Shown here piece by piece: positions 13,201 to 26,002 of a stretch of DNA of 64,000 nucleotides. The stretch is from the human T2T-CHM13v2.0 reference genome, Homo sapiens. The DNA lies in the NCBI RefSeq assembly GCF_009914755.1, contig NC_060929.1. One strand, written 5' to 3'. The notes beneath the pieces were generated by a model. It was not told where the DNA came from. It ran no database searches and saw only the letters and a list, made by a program, of their open reading frames with translations. Both the position numbers and the translations under genes were made by a program. How positions within the stretch are numbered: the stretch's first letter is position 1; each line of letters opens with the position of its first letter.

Positions 13201-15080
13201 CATTTAAGTGGGAGAACATGTTCTGTCAGATTGTGTGAGTCTGACAATTTTTTGAACCACACTAAGCCTTTTGAGAATTGAATTTCATTTGCTTCAGGAA
13301 AAAAAAAAAGTGACTTTCTGGTTCAAAGGAAAAACGCTTAGAAGCCATATTTGAAAGGCTCATAAGAGGCCTTACACATCAAATAGCTCTTGGAAAACAA
13401 CATTCTGATGAGTTAAGTGTAAATTAATTAGAAACATACAGATTGCTTTTCCCTGGCTATCCACATGGGTTTCAAAGTTGAAGAAAGAGTGTTTGACACA
13501 ATACGTTTGGAGTCTTGATGACCCAAAAGCATAGTAAAGTAGTTCAAGATGTTTCTATGAAACAAAGATGTTTGTTTTCTTCCAGTGATTTTTGCTAACA
13601 AACATCTAATGAGCTGCTATTAAAGGACTTTGGGACTCAACGCATATACTACATTTTGAGTTCATCAAGTATACCTAAAAGAAGATACTTCCCTGCAAAG
13701 AAGGCGAGTAAGTCATTATAAATGACTTTCAAGCCTTGTAGTGTTTCGGAAAGGAAAAACATAGCTAAAATGAGCATTAAGACATGCTCACTGCAAATCT
13801 ATCCTATATCGAAAGATGGAGTAGGAGAGCTTTCATGAATGGAGGCACTGATGTGCTGTGACTGCACACTCTTGTCCAGGTGTAGCATTTTTATGCAGCC
13901 CCATGAATAATACTGGATTATAAAAATACGGTCCAGGTAATCCAGTTATATGCCCATCAAGTGTGTGTATCCACTTTACAGGGAACTGCAACTGGTCAAA
14001 TAAATAAAAATAAATGACTCATTGTGGAAATGAATGCAGAAGGTAGTTCCCTACTGCCATCACTAGAGAACGTACTTTAAAATGTTAGTATTAACAAATA
14101 CTTACTGTAAATCACTTGGCTAGATGGAACTGAAAATTAATGCCATTAGAATTCTCAGAATAAATATCTTCAAACCTACCCCTAAAGGAAAAGAAAGAAG
14201 CAATGGAAAAAGAAAGAAAAAAAACTTAGAAAGCATAAAATACTACCCTTTATATATTTTTCTAAGTGATTTATTTTTTCTTATTTTTCCAATTGGCTAA
14301 AATTAGAATGTCCTTTTGAAAAATGAGCACACAGAGATAAAGAATCTGAAGAAAGTACCAGGCTCATCTAGGAGAAGTAACCAAGCTTGACTACTCCAAA
14401 CTGCTCAGTTCTTCCCTCCTATGAGGATGTTTATTCATATTTCCAATTTACTATAACAAATTTTCTTTATCAGTTTTTCTCTCAAGGTCCTTAGAAATTT
14501 AGAACTTTCCCCTAATGATGGTAAACTTTTGAAGAATTCCAAGGTCGGTTTTATAAAAAGAAACTATGCAATCAAGATTCAAATAATTGATAGGGCTGCC
14601 CAAGAAAAGAGTCATTACTATCACAGCTGAACTATTTGGGATAAGTCAATTCCCTGGGGCCACTCGGATAGGAAAGGCTTCAAAAGTTTGTTCATTTTTT
14701 TTAAGTCTACCTTTTGAAGTTGATTTTGGAGTTTCATTTCTTTTGCTAACATGTTTCGCTTGCTGCATGCCTGGGGACACTTGGCAGCTCAGCTATATTT
14801 AAGATGTAATATCAGTTCTATACACAGTCAGCATTTTCACACATCTATTCTCTTTGCATTTCGTTGCTCTAAAGTTCCAGTTTTGTTTGTGGGAGATTTG
14901 GAAGAGAGAGTTAGCAATGAATGAATGTTTATTTTCCTGGGTGCTAGAGGCTGTGTGTGTTCAAGCGGACATATTCCATCATACAGACTTGACTCAGCAA
15001 ATGAACGCAGCGTTACACAGCCAGGTAATTTTCAGTTGATGAGAATTACTCCTCTGCAGGGTATATATAAGGAGTTTGCC

Positions 15081-15095
15081 ATTTGTAATGCAAAT
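15081..15095 (+). promoter_or_regulatory. Candidate SOX-OCT composite site ATTTGTAATGCAAAT
   Basis: 14/15 match to CWTTGTNATGCAAAT with a perfect octamer, in repeat-free sequence. Motif only; no functional evidence. Confidence 0.3.
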
Positions 15096-16963
15096 TTAAT
15101 CATATATTAAACTAAAAATGTTCTCAGGCTTTTATTTTTCATTCTAAACTGCCCCTTTTGCTAAAGTATTTCCTTTGTTCTTCAACACACTTCAAAACTA
15201 TAGTGAATCTCTAAACTGTAAGGTAAAAAATAAAGACAGTCAGCTCTAAGTTTGCTGATTATATTTTAAGCATATAATATGAAGTAGACAGATTTGCAAC
15301 TCAGAACATTTTCTCCCATAGTAGTTCACAGAATGCATCGCAAGATTGCAGTAGAGTACTAATGACACTAATTCAGCCAATCATACCCATGTGGATAACA
15401 CAATTCCCATCAGAAAATCTAACCAGCTAAGGATACAAGATCAACCCATGCTTGGTGATACCTGGAGCCTTGCTCCAGGTGGACAAGGTGGACACTTGCG
15501 GGCATCAGAAATGTGATATTTCTCTCTAACTCCTAAAGAGACGGATTTTCTCAAAGTCTGTATTTCCCAAACGATACACTGATATAATAGATGGATATAT
15601 TCAAATATGTCCTTTCATAAATGTGTCTGTGGCTAATGAAATTGAAGAAATATTAGACTAAACAAAGTTAAGCTGGTTTCTGTCCTCTGGGATCTTCAGG
15701 ATTTTTATCGTGATACATTCCTTGTGAAATCTCCAAGTTGGGGCTGTAGTATGCATCACTCCCTTCACTTATGAGCTTTCAGAGCCTCTGGTTAAGGCTT
15801 TACAGGACCCCAGGTCCTCCCAGAACAGCACACAGGAAATATTCTGGTTACTCTCTGTTTAAGTATCTTCAGTTGGAAAACCAAGAGTGACTCCCTCCAC
15901 AGAGTCCTGGGCTGCTGCCTCCCAGCAGATCTCTGCCATCTGTTTGTGTACATAAATCATTCATAAATTGGGATCTTACTAGATGCTCTTTTATTGGACA
16001 AAATATCTTATTAAAATACGTTAGCATCTCCTAATGCAAAGCCCTATGTGGTTACGCCAAAAAATAAACAAATAAGGTGTTTGTGAGGGAAATAACTTTT
16101 ACATAATCTGGCTGACACAGTTCTGTTTGGTTAAAAGTGGGACAAGATCCATTGCAGAGATTATTATCTGTGGTTCAGTAAGTAGATATTAATATTATTC
16201 AAAATATATAGCAGCTACCAAGAGACTTGATGAAAACATACCAAAGCAATCAAGCTTTAAATACTAACAGTGTTTAAAGAAAAAAAAATACGTAAGCAAA
16301 AAGAGAAAACAAAATAAACCTAGTTTATAATAGTATATCTTTGTATTCCTTAGGTGCTTTACATATTTCATACTAGACGTTACAAACTATGAGGTGTGGT
16401 CACAGAGTGAAATGCCAGGCTGTGGATTGCAGCAGCCAGGAATGTGTTAGGAACTTACATACGAGAAAACTATGGAGTCAATCATTTCTGCAGAGCGGTG
16501 CCATTATTGCAGTTCATATATCCTGGGAAGTGATTTCCTTTCTTCCAAAAAGTCAATGATCATAAAACCCATCCATTACCTTGGTGCAATTCTTAAGGAG
16601 ACAGCATGAATTGTGTGAGTTACATCACAGTGCAGATGGAAAGAAGGCATACGCTGGGCATTGCAAAGATTACACAGACTAGCAGAATGCAGATCACCAC
16701 CTTGGAAATGTAGCTGGACAAGAGAGCATTTACAGATAAAGAGACTGAAATATTTTTACATTTGTGATAAAATATTTTGCACCTGTTATAGGGAAGTAAC
16801 TACTTCAACCCAGATCAAAAGGATATACAAAGAACCTAAAGATAATGCAGAATGAGGACTACGGTAAAGAAGCGCCAAATAGGACCAGAAAATAAACACT
16901 TCTTATAGGAAACCCAATTCTGCCAGTTCTTTAATGAGGACAGAATTAGAATATAATCTAAAT

Positions 16964-17379
16964 CAGTGGTTCTCCAACTTTTTAGTCTCAGGAACTCTTC
17001 ACTTCTTAAAATTAAGGACTCCAGAACACTTTTGTTTGTGTAGGCTGTATTTATTGATGTTTTCTGTATTATAAGTTAAAAGTAAGATACTGTGCAGAAA
17101 TGGACACAGATTTAGTGAGAAGAGTAACATTATTTTACATTTTACAACTCATATATAGTAGTAGTAGACAGCTGGATCCTCAGATCTGCTTCTGTATTCA
17201 ATCGCCTGCAATGCCACATGTGTTGTGGCCTCTGGTAAATGTCACTATACAATCAGAGAGAAAGAGAGTGAAAATGATAAACAAGATTTCAGCATTACTA
17301 TTAGAAAACTTTGACCTTGCAAGCACCCTGCAAAAGTGTCAGGGATCCAGAGGAGTGCCTGGTACTTTGAGAACCACTG
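16964..17379 (+). mobile_element. hAT-Charlie element, Charlie4a-like, both TIRs intact
   Basis: TIRs cagtggttctc...gagaaccactg; internal ctttttagtctcagga...cttaaaatt and gacagctggatcctcagatctgcttctg match recalled Charlie4a; degenerate 8-bp TSD atctaaat/agttaaaa. Confidence 0.8.
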
Positions 17380-17674
17380 AGTTAAAAACATTATGTGTTG
17401 AATATATTTATATATCCTTACATGTGTTAACATACTGCATATAGATATAGACTACTCAGGTTAACTACTTACTAACCCATAGGTACTAACTTCATACTGC
17501 AAGTTCAGACTTTCTGAACTGTTCATTTCTTTCAACTGTAGGAAAACTGCAGGACACAGCTGCAAGCCAGAATGGCAACAAAGATTAATAAGTCTCATAC
17601 TAAATGGAGACCTAATGAGATACATTTCTGACTGTGAATGCTAAATATTATATTCTCACATGTGGTACTATCAT

Positions 17675-17815
17675 GTCCTAGTAATGAGGTAGACAGAGTG
17701 AGCATTATTCCACTTTGTAAATGAGAAAAGTGCAGAGAGATGGGGTAAGTGACTTATCCAAGTGCCATAACTAATCCATGAGAGAGCTGGGACTGGATCC
17801 AGCCCAGTGCTGCTT
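17675..17815 (-). mobile_element. MIR SINE fragment
   Basis: attattccactttgtaaatgagaaaagtg...gtaagtgacttatccaag...gagctgggactgga is the MIR core in antisense. Confidence 0.75.
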
Positions 17816-18138
17816 TGGGCTTATCACTAGGCCAACACAGTGTGCCAAAACACATGATTGAAGAGTGAAAATTATTGCTGGGGTGTCTTATTGCCTGATT
17901 TGTTCCTTATAATTCTTCACCCTGCCAAATAGTTATTTTGGTAAGTATGTGGTTCATGTTTTGATATTATTCTGCTAAATGTTCATTTTAATATTTTGAA
18001 AATGCATAATTACTTCTTCTAGCCTTAATTCTTCTTACATGTAAAGTGTGGATCAAAATATCATAAAGGCTTCAGAAATAACAATATCTTAATAACGAAT
18101 AAAACAAGGCATATCAAATCTACAATTAAAAAAAAAAA

Positions 18139-18790
18139 CAGTGCCCTCCAACTGGGTAAATATGTGAGGACACTATCGGTTTGCTCAATCACAAAAGATG
18201 ATTTTTTTTAAGGCAAGGACCAGAAATGCTTAAGATTCTATGATATTACAGAGAATAGTGCACAGTAACGCCTTGTCCAATGTCCCCAAACAAGTTCGAA
18301 ATGTCTTGCTAGACAGCCACATAGGTGAAAATTTTATTCACAATTTATAGCTGGATACTAGCTGTGTTTAACATATAAATGTAATGTATTTTTTTTAGAG
18401 TTTTAATATGGATTAGTTTTTTTAAATGTAGCTACCCTGTGAAGTAAAGGAAGATTGTGCTTTTTGTCTGGAAGTTTAGCAAGAATGGCCCATTGAGTCA
18501 GAAAATAACGTTGTGGTATTGATGTTGCTATATCAGTTCATATTCATAGCTGTAATATTTGTGGTAATTCTATACCTTGGTATGAGCATCCAACTACCTC
18601 AATAGATCTTCTAGTATAGAGATACACAAGCATTTACTTTTATATTGAAATATTTGACTATAATCACTTCCCATTATTCCTCCTTCATATTATACTTAAG
18701 ATGATTTATCAATATTGTGTGTTTCTGTGTATAGGTAAGTAGGTTATCTTTGTTATTTATTACAGAATAATAGACATTCCCAAATATATA
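18139..18790 (+). mobile_element. hAT-Charlie MER20B-like fossil
   Basis: gctaccctgtgaagtaaaggaagattgtgcttt, tatcagttcatattcatagctgt and gagcatccaactacctc...cttctagt are collinear with the recalled MER20B consensus. Confidence 0.65.
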
Positions 18791-21700
18791 CATATTGGCT
18801 TAATTTCCCCCAGACACCAAATTTTTATTTCTCAAAAGATTAGCTTTAGAGTCAGCATTAATAGACATTTTTCAAATTTCAATCCCTACTGAAAAATTAT
18901 TTGTGGTTCCTCCTTTGTGTTAATAAAACAGGGTGAAAATAGTTTACAATGTATGTGACCACAGGGTTTGATATGCTTGGCTTTATTTGTAATTTGTATG
19001 GGTACATAAATGGTGTACATATTTATCAGGTACATATAAAGTCTTGATACAAGTATACAATGTGCAATAATAATCCATCAGTGTAACTGGGGTACCCATC
19101 ACCTTAAGCATTTTTCATTCTTTTGGGTTATAAACATTCCAATTACACATTTTTAGTTATTTTTAATTATACATTGAACTACTGATTATAGTCACCCTGT
19201 TATGCTATCAAATACTAGATATTATTCATTCTAACTATGTTTTAGTGCCACTCCCCGCCTCTTCCCTGACTTCCCTTTTTTTTTTCAGTTGTTTTGTCAG
19301 CTTTCACATAAGAATGAGAACATGTGAAATTGGTCTTTCTGTGCCTAGCTTTTTTTACTTAATAAAATGTCCTCCAGTTCTATCCATGTTGTTGCAAATG
19401 ACAGGGTTTCATTATTTTTATGGCTGAATAATATTGCTCTGTTTTTATATATCATATTTTCTTTATCCATTCATCTGTTGATAGACACTTAGGTTGCTTC
19501 CAAATCTTGGCTATTGTGAATAGTGCTGCAATAAACATGGAAGTGCAGATATCTCTTCAATATACTGATTTCCTTTCTTTTAGGTGTACACTCAGCAGTT
19601 GGATTGCTGGATCATATGGTAGTTCTATTTTTAGTGTTTCAAGAAATCACTATACTGTTCTTCATACTGGCTGTACTAATTTACATTCCTACCAACAATG
19701 TATGAGGGTTCCCCTTTATCCACCTTGCCATTAGTCATTTTTGCTTGTCTTTTGTATAAAAGCCATTTTAACTGGAGTGAGATGATATCTCATTGTAACT
19801 TTGAATTGCATTTCTCTGATGGTCAATGGTGTTTAACACCTTTTCATATTCCTCTTTGCCATCAATATGTCTAATTTTGAGAAATATCTACTCAGGTCTT
19901 TTGCCCATTTTTGAACTGGATTATTTGTTTATTTGCTACTGAGTTGTTTGAGCCCTTTACATATTCTGGTTATTAATCCCTTCTTGGATGGACAGTTTGA
20001 AAATATTTTCTCCCATTCTGCATGCTATTTATTGATTGTTTCCTTTGCTGTGCAGAAGCTTTTTAACTTGATGTGATCCCATTTGTCCATTTTTGCTTTG
20101 GTTGCTTGTACTAATGAGGTATTATTCAAGACATCTTTACCTGGATCAATGTCCTGGAGGGTATCTCCAACATTTTCTTTGAGTAGTTTCATAGTTTGAG
20201 ATCTTAGATGTAAGTCTTTAAACCATATTTATTTTATTTTTTATATGGCAAGAGATAGGGATCTAGTTTTTCTTCTGCATATGGATAGCCAGTTTTCCCT
20301 GCACCATTTATTGAAGAGACTGTCTCCTACCCAGTGTATATCCTTGGGCACCATTGTCCAAAGACTTCACTGTAGATGTACGGATTTGTTTCTAGGTTCT
20401 CCATTCTGTTCCATTGGTCTACATGTCTGTTTTTATGCCAGTACCATGCTGGTTTTGTTACTATAGCTCTCTAATATAATTTGAAGTCAGGTAATGTGAT
20501 TATTCCAGTCTTATTCTTTTTGCTAAAGATAGATTTGACTCTTCTGGGTCTTCTGTGGTTCCATATAAGTTTCATGATGACCTTTTCTATTTCTGTGACG
20601 AATGCCATTGGTATTTTGATAGGAATTGCATTGAATCTATAGATTGCTTTCGGTAGTATGGACATTTTAATAATATTGATTATTCCAATTCATGAATGTG
20701 AAATATCTTTCCATTTTTTGTGTCCTCTTCAATTTTTTTCATCAATGTTTTATACTTCCATTTCAGAGATCTTTCACTTCTTTGGTTAATGTTATTCCTA
20801 GGTATTTTATTTTATTTGTAGCAATTATAAATGGGATTAGTTTACTGATTTCTTTTTCAGATTGTTCACTGTTGGCATCTAGAAATTCAAGTGATTTTTG
20901 TATGTTGATTTTGTCTACTGCAACTTTACTGAATTTGTTTATCAGTTCTAATAGTCTTTTGATAGAGTCTTTACGTTTTTCAAAATATAAGATCATATCA
21001 TCTGCAGCAAACAAGGATAATTTGAAATCTTTTCCAGTTTGGATACCCTTTATTTATTTCTCTTGTCTAACTGCTCTTGCTAAGAGTTCCAATACTATGT
21101 CGAAGAACAGTAGCGAAAGTGGGCATCTTTGCCTTGTTCCAGATCTTACAGGAAAGGCTTTCAGTTTTTCCCCACTCAGTATGATGCTAGCTGGGTGTCT
21201 GTCATGTATAGCTTTTATTGTGTTGAGGTATGTTCTTTCTACCTCTAGTTTTGGAAGGTTTTTCTCATAAAGGGATGTTGAATTTTATCAAGGGCTTTTA
21301 CAGCAGCAATTGAAATTACCATGTGGTTTTCATCCTTCATCCCATTGATATGGTGCATCATATTGACTGATTTGTGTATGTTGAACCATCCTTGCATCCC
21401 GGGTAAAATTCCAGTTGGTCATGATGAATGTTCTTTTTAACGTGTTGTTGAATTTGGTTTGCTGGTATTTTGTTGAAGATTTTTTGTATCATTATGCATC
21501 AGAGATATTGGTCTATAGTTTGTTTTCCTTGTGTTTTTGTCTGGTTTTAGTATCAGAGTAACAGTGACCTTGTAGAATAAGTTTGAAAGTATTGCCTCCT
21601 CAATTTTTTGGAATAGTTTGAGTAGGGTTGGTATTAGTTCTTCTTTAAATGTTTGGTAAGATTCAGCAGTCAGCTATCAGGTCCCAAGCTTTTCTTTGAT

Positions 21701-24253
21701 GGGGGACTTTTTATTATGACTTTGATCTCATTACTTGTTATTCATCTGTTCAGGTTTTGGATTTCTTAATGGTTCAATCTTGTTAGGTTGTTTAGGAACC
21801 TAGACATGTGTCTAGGAATTTATCCATTTCTTCTATGATTTTAATTTATTGGCATATAGCTTCTCATAGTAATCTCTAATGATGCTTTGAATTTCTGTGG
21901 TATCAATTGTAATGTCTCCTTTTTCATCTCTGATTTTCTTTTTTTCTTAGTCTTGCTTATTCTTATTTTACCATTTCAAAAACATTTTGATTTATTGACC
22001 TTTTGTATTATATTTTGATTTCAATTTCATTTCTGCTCTAATTAATTATTTCTTTCCTTCTACCAATTTGGGTTTTGTTTGCACTTGCTTTTCTAATTAA
22101 GATGTATCATTAGGATGTTTATTTGAATTTCTCCTTTTTTGATGTAGCCACTTATTGCTATAAACTTTCCTGTTAGTATTGCTTTTGCTGCATCCCATAG
22201 GTTTTAGTATTTGTGTTTCCATTATCATCTTTTCCAATAAATTTTTAATTTCCTTATTAATTTCTTCATTGACCCACAGGTCATTAAGGAGCATATGATT
22301 TAATTTCCATGTGTTTGTATGGTTTTTAAAGTTCCTCTTGTTATTGATTTCTAGTTTTATTCCATTGTGGTCAGTGAAGATACTTGATATGATTTCAATT
22401 TTTTGAATTTTCTTAAGACTTGTTTTGTGGCCTATTGTATGGTCTATTTCTGAGAATAATCCATGTGCAGAGAAGAAGAATATGTATTTTCCAAGTCTTG
22501 AATGAAATGTTGTGTAAATATCTATTTGGTCTATTTGGTTTATAGTGCAGATTAAGTCTGATTTTATTGTTGTTGTTGATTTTCTGTCTGGATGATCTGT
22601 TCAGTGCTGAAAATGGGGTGTTGAGGTTGCCAGCTATTATAGTACTGGGAGTATATCTCCCTTTAGTTCTAATAATATTTGCTTTATATCTGGGTGCTCC
22701 AGTGTTGGGTGTATATATATTTACAATTATTATATCCTCTTGTTGAACTGATCCTTTTATGATTATATAGTAACCTTGTCTCTTTTGACACTTTTGAATT
22801 GAAATGTATTTTTTCTGATATAACTGCTACAGTTCTTTATTTGGTTTCCATTTGCCTGTTTCATCCATCCCTTTATTTTCAGTCTGTGTGTATCTTTATA
22901 GGTGAAGTTAGTTTCTTATAGACACTATATAATTGGGTCTTTTTTTAAATCCATTCAGTCACTGTATATTTCTTTATTGGAAAGTTTAGTCTATTTACAT
23001 TCAGGGTTATTATTGATGATTAAGGACTTATTACCACCAGTTGTTATTTATTTTCTGGTTGTTTTGTGGGCCTTTATTCTTTCTTTCCTGTCTTCCTCCA
23101 TGTAAAAATGATTTTCTCTAGTGGCACGTTTTAATTTATTATTTTTGTATATCTGTTGTAGGTTTTTTAATTTGAAGTTACCATGATGCTTGCAAATAAC
23201 ATTTTATAAGCCAGTATTTTCAACTGATGACAGCTCTGATTGCAAAAAAATAACAATGAATCAACAAACAAGCAAGGAGATAACTAAAAACTCCGTATCT
23301 TAAGTCCATACATCCTGCTTTTCAACTTTTTGTTGTTTTTATTTTTTATACTGTGTACCTCTTAAAAGTTATTGTAGTTATTTTTAACAGGTTTGTCTTT
23401 GAGTCTTCCTACTGAACATATGAGTGATTTACATATCACAGCTACAGTGTTAGTATATTCTGTATTTGTCTGTGTACTTACTGCTACCAGTGAGTTTTGT
23501 ATCTTCATACTTCTTATTTCTTATTAACATCCTTTTTACAGATTAAAGAACTCCCTTTAGCATTTCTTGTAAGACAGGTCTAATGTTGACAAAATTCAAC
23601 AGCTTTTACTTCCCTGAGAAAGCATTTTTTCTCCTTTATATTTAAAGGATATTTTCACTGGATATAATATTCTAGGATAAAAGGTTTTTTTTTGTTTTGT
23701 TTTGTTTTGTTTTTCCTGAAGCACTTTGAATGTGTCATTCCACTCTCTCCTGGATGGTAAGGTTTTCACTGAGAAGTCTGCTGCCAGACATATGGGATCT
23801 CCTTTATACATTGTTCGTTTCTTTTATCTTGTTGCTTTTAAAATCATATCTTTATTTTTGGGAGTTTGATTATTAGATGTCTTGAGGTAGTCTTATTTGG
23901 GTTAAGCCTGGTTGGTGTTCTATGAACTTCTTGTATATTGATATCTTTCTCCAAGTTTTGAAAATTCTCTGTTATTATTTATTTGAATTAAATTTCTACA
24001 CTGATCTCCTTCTCTGCCTCCTCTTTAAAGCCAGTATCTCTTAGATTTACCTTTGTGAGGCTATTTCTAGATAGTATAGTCGTGCTTCATTCTTCTATAT
24101 TTTTCTCTCTGACTGTGTATTTTCATATAGCCTCTCTTCAAGCTCACTAATACTTTCTGCTGTTTGGTCAACTCTGCTGTTGAGAGATTCCAATGCATTC
24201 TTCAGTTTGTCAATTGAATCTTTCAGCTCCATAAATTCCGCTTGATTTTTTAA

Positions 24254-24362
24254 AATTTCAATCCTTTTGTTAAATGTATCTGATAGTATCAGATACTTTG
24301 TTAATTTCAATCCCTTTGTTAAATGTATCTGATAGTATCAGATACTTTGTTAAATGTATCTG
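24254..24362. repeat. 49-bp tandem duplication, each unit carrying a 21-bp palindrome, inside L1 ORF1
   Basis: Units at 24254-24302 and 24303-24351 differ by one base; gtatctgata-g-tatcagatac at 24276-24296 and 24325-24345. Confidence 0.95.
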
Positions 24363-25704
24363 TGTTATCTTGAAGTTAGCTGAGCTTCCTAAAATTAGCT
24401 TTTTTGAATGCTGTCTGAAAGGTCACACATCTCTAGATCACTGGTGCCTTATTTAGTTTGTTTGATGAGGTCATGTTTTTCTAGATGTTCTTGACACCTG
24501 CGGCTGTTTACTGATATCTAGGCATTGAAGAGTTAGGTATTTATTCCAGTCTTCACAGTCTGGGCTTGTTTGCATTCATCCTTCTTGAGAAGGCTTTCCA
24601 GGTATTCAAAAAGAATTGTTTTTATCTAGGTAATTTGGCCACTACAGCCATATAGCACTGGAGGGTGCCCTAAGCCCAGTAACTTTTGCAGATTTGTAGA
24701 GCTTGAGTAAGAGCCAGAAGAATTCCCAGGAATACCAAGCAGGGTCTCTTGTTCACTTCGCTCACTTTCTCTCAAATAAATGGAGTATCTCTCTCCATGC
24801 TGCATTGCCTTGAGTTGAGGAAGGGGTGAAGCAAGCACTCCTGTGGCCACTATAGCTGGGACTGGGTCACACCTGAGGCCTGAATGGTACTTGGGTCTCA
24901 CACGAGGCCCATGGTGACTACTGCCTGGCTACTGTTGATGTTTATGCAATGCCCAAGGGCTCTTCATTCAGTTGGTGGCAAATCCTTCAAGGACTGGGTC
25001 CTGTCCTTCAGGGAAGCAGGTGCTTTTCTGCCCCAGGGTGGGTCTAGGAATATCATCTGGGACCTAGGGCCTGGAATCAGAAGCTTCAGGATTCTGCCTG
25101 ATGCTTTATTTTACTGTGGCTGAGCTAGTATCCAAGTTGGAGGAGAAAGTCCTCTTTACTCTTCCTTCTTCTTTCCACAAGTGAAAAGAGTCTCTTGTTA
25201 AGCTTCACTGCCTGGAGTTAGAAGAGGGGTGCCATACGTACTCCCTTGGCTGTCTCAGCTGGTGTCTCCCTGGGTCATGTGGACCCCAAGTCCACTGGCT
25301 CTGAGTCCAGCATAGCACCAACACTTGCCCAAGTACTGCTGTTCTTGTGGCCTGACTACCTCTCAAATTTGTTCAGGACCCCACCGCACTTTAGTCCACT
25401 GAAGCTAGCCAAAACTCAGGTTCCTATTGCTGGGGTGATTGAGGCTGATTTAAATGCTCTCTCCATGGGCACCAGCCAAATTCTGTCCTGTGTTGTGTTC
25501 CACTGTGACAGGGCAGCACTGAATTTCCACACAAAGACCCACAATCACTTTGCTGTCCCTCCCCGAAACACACAGATTCTCTTTCCGTGCTGCTGGGGGC
25601 TGGGTGAGGGATGGTATGGGCAGTGCAAGACTGTCCTTCCTACCCTCTTCAGTGCCACTTTCCTTGATATGATGTTAAAACCAGATACTATGATCATTAT
25701 CTGA

Positions 25705-26002
25705 TTTTTTTTTTTTTTTTGAGAAGGAGTTTTGCTCTTGTTGCCCAGGCTGGAGTGCAGTGGCATGATCTCGCCTCACTGCAACCTCCACCTCCAGGGT
25801 TCAAGCATTCTCCTACCTCAGCCTCCCAAGTAGCTGGAATTACAGGCATGTGCCACTGTGTCTGGCTAATTTTTGTATTTTTATTAGAGATGGGGTTTTA
25901 CCATGCTGGCCAGGCTGACCTGGAACTCCTGACCTCACGTGATCTGCCCACCTCGGCCTCCAAAAGTGCTGGGATTACAGGCATGAGCCACCGCGCCTGG
26001 CC
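25705..26002 (-). mobile_element. AluS (Sq/Sp-like) inserted in the L1 5' UTR
   Basis: Poly-T, then a full antisense Alu dimer with gctcttgttgccc; gattttt duplicated on both sides. Confidence 0.95.

Noticed and set aside
13224-13950. Small hairpins (tgtcaga/tctgaca, aagtcatt/aatgactt, actggatta/taatccagt)
   Set aside because: Arms of 7-9 bp are expected by chance in 64 kb of AT-rich DNA.
20471-21270. ORFs of 64-192 aa, including the longest ORF in the window (20692-21270 +)
   Set aside because: The minus-strand ORFs are broken L1 ORF2p remnants; the 192-aa plus ORF is the antisense frame of the same L1.
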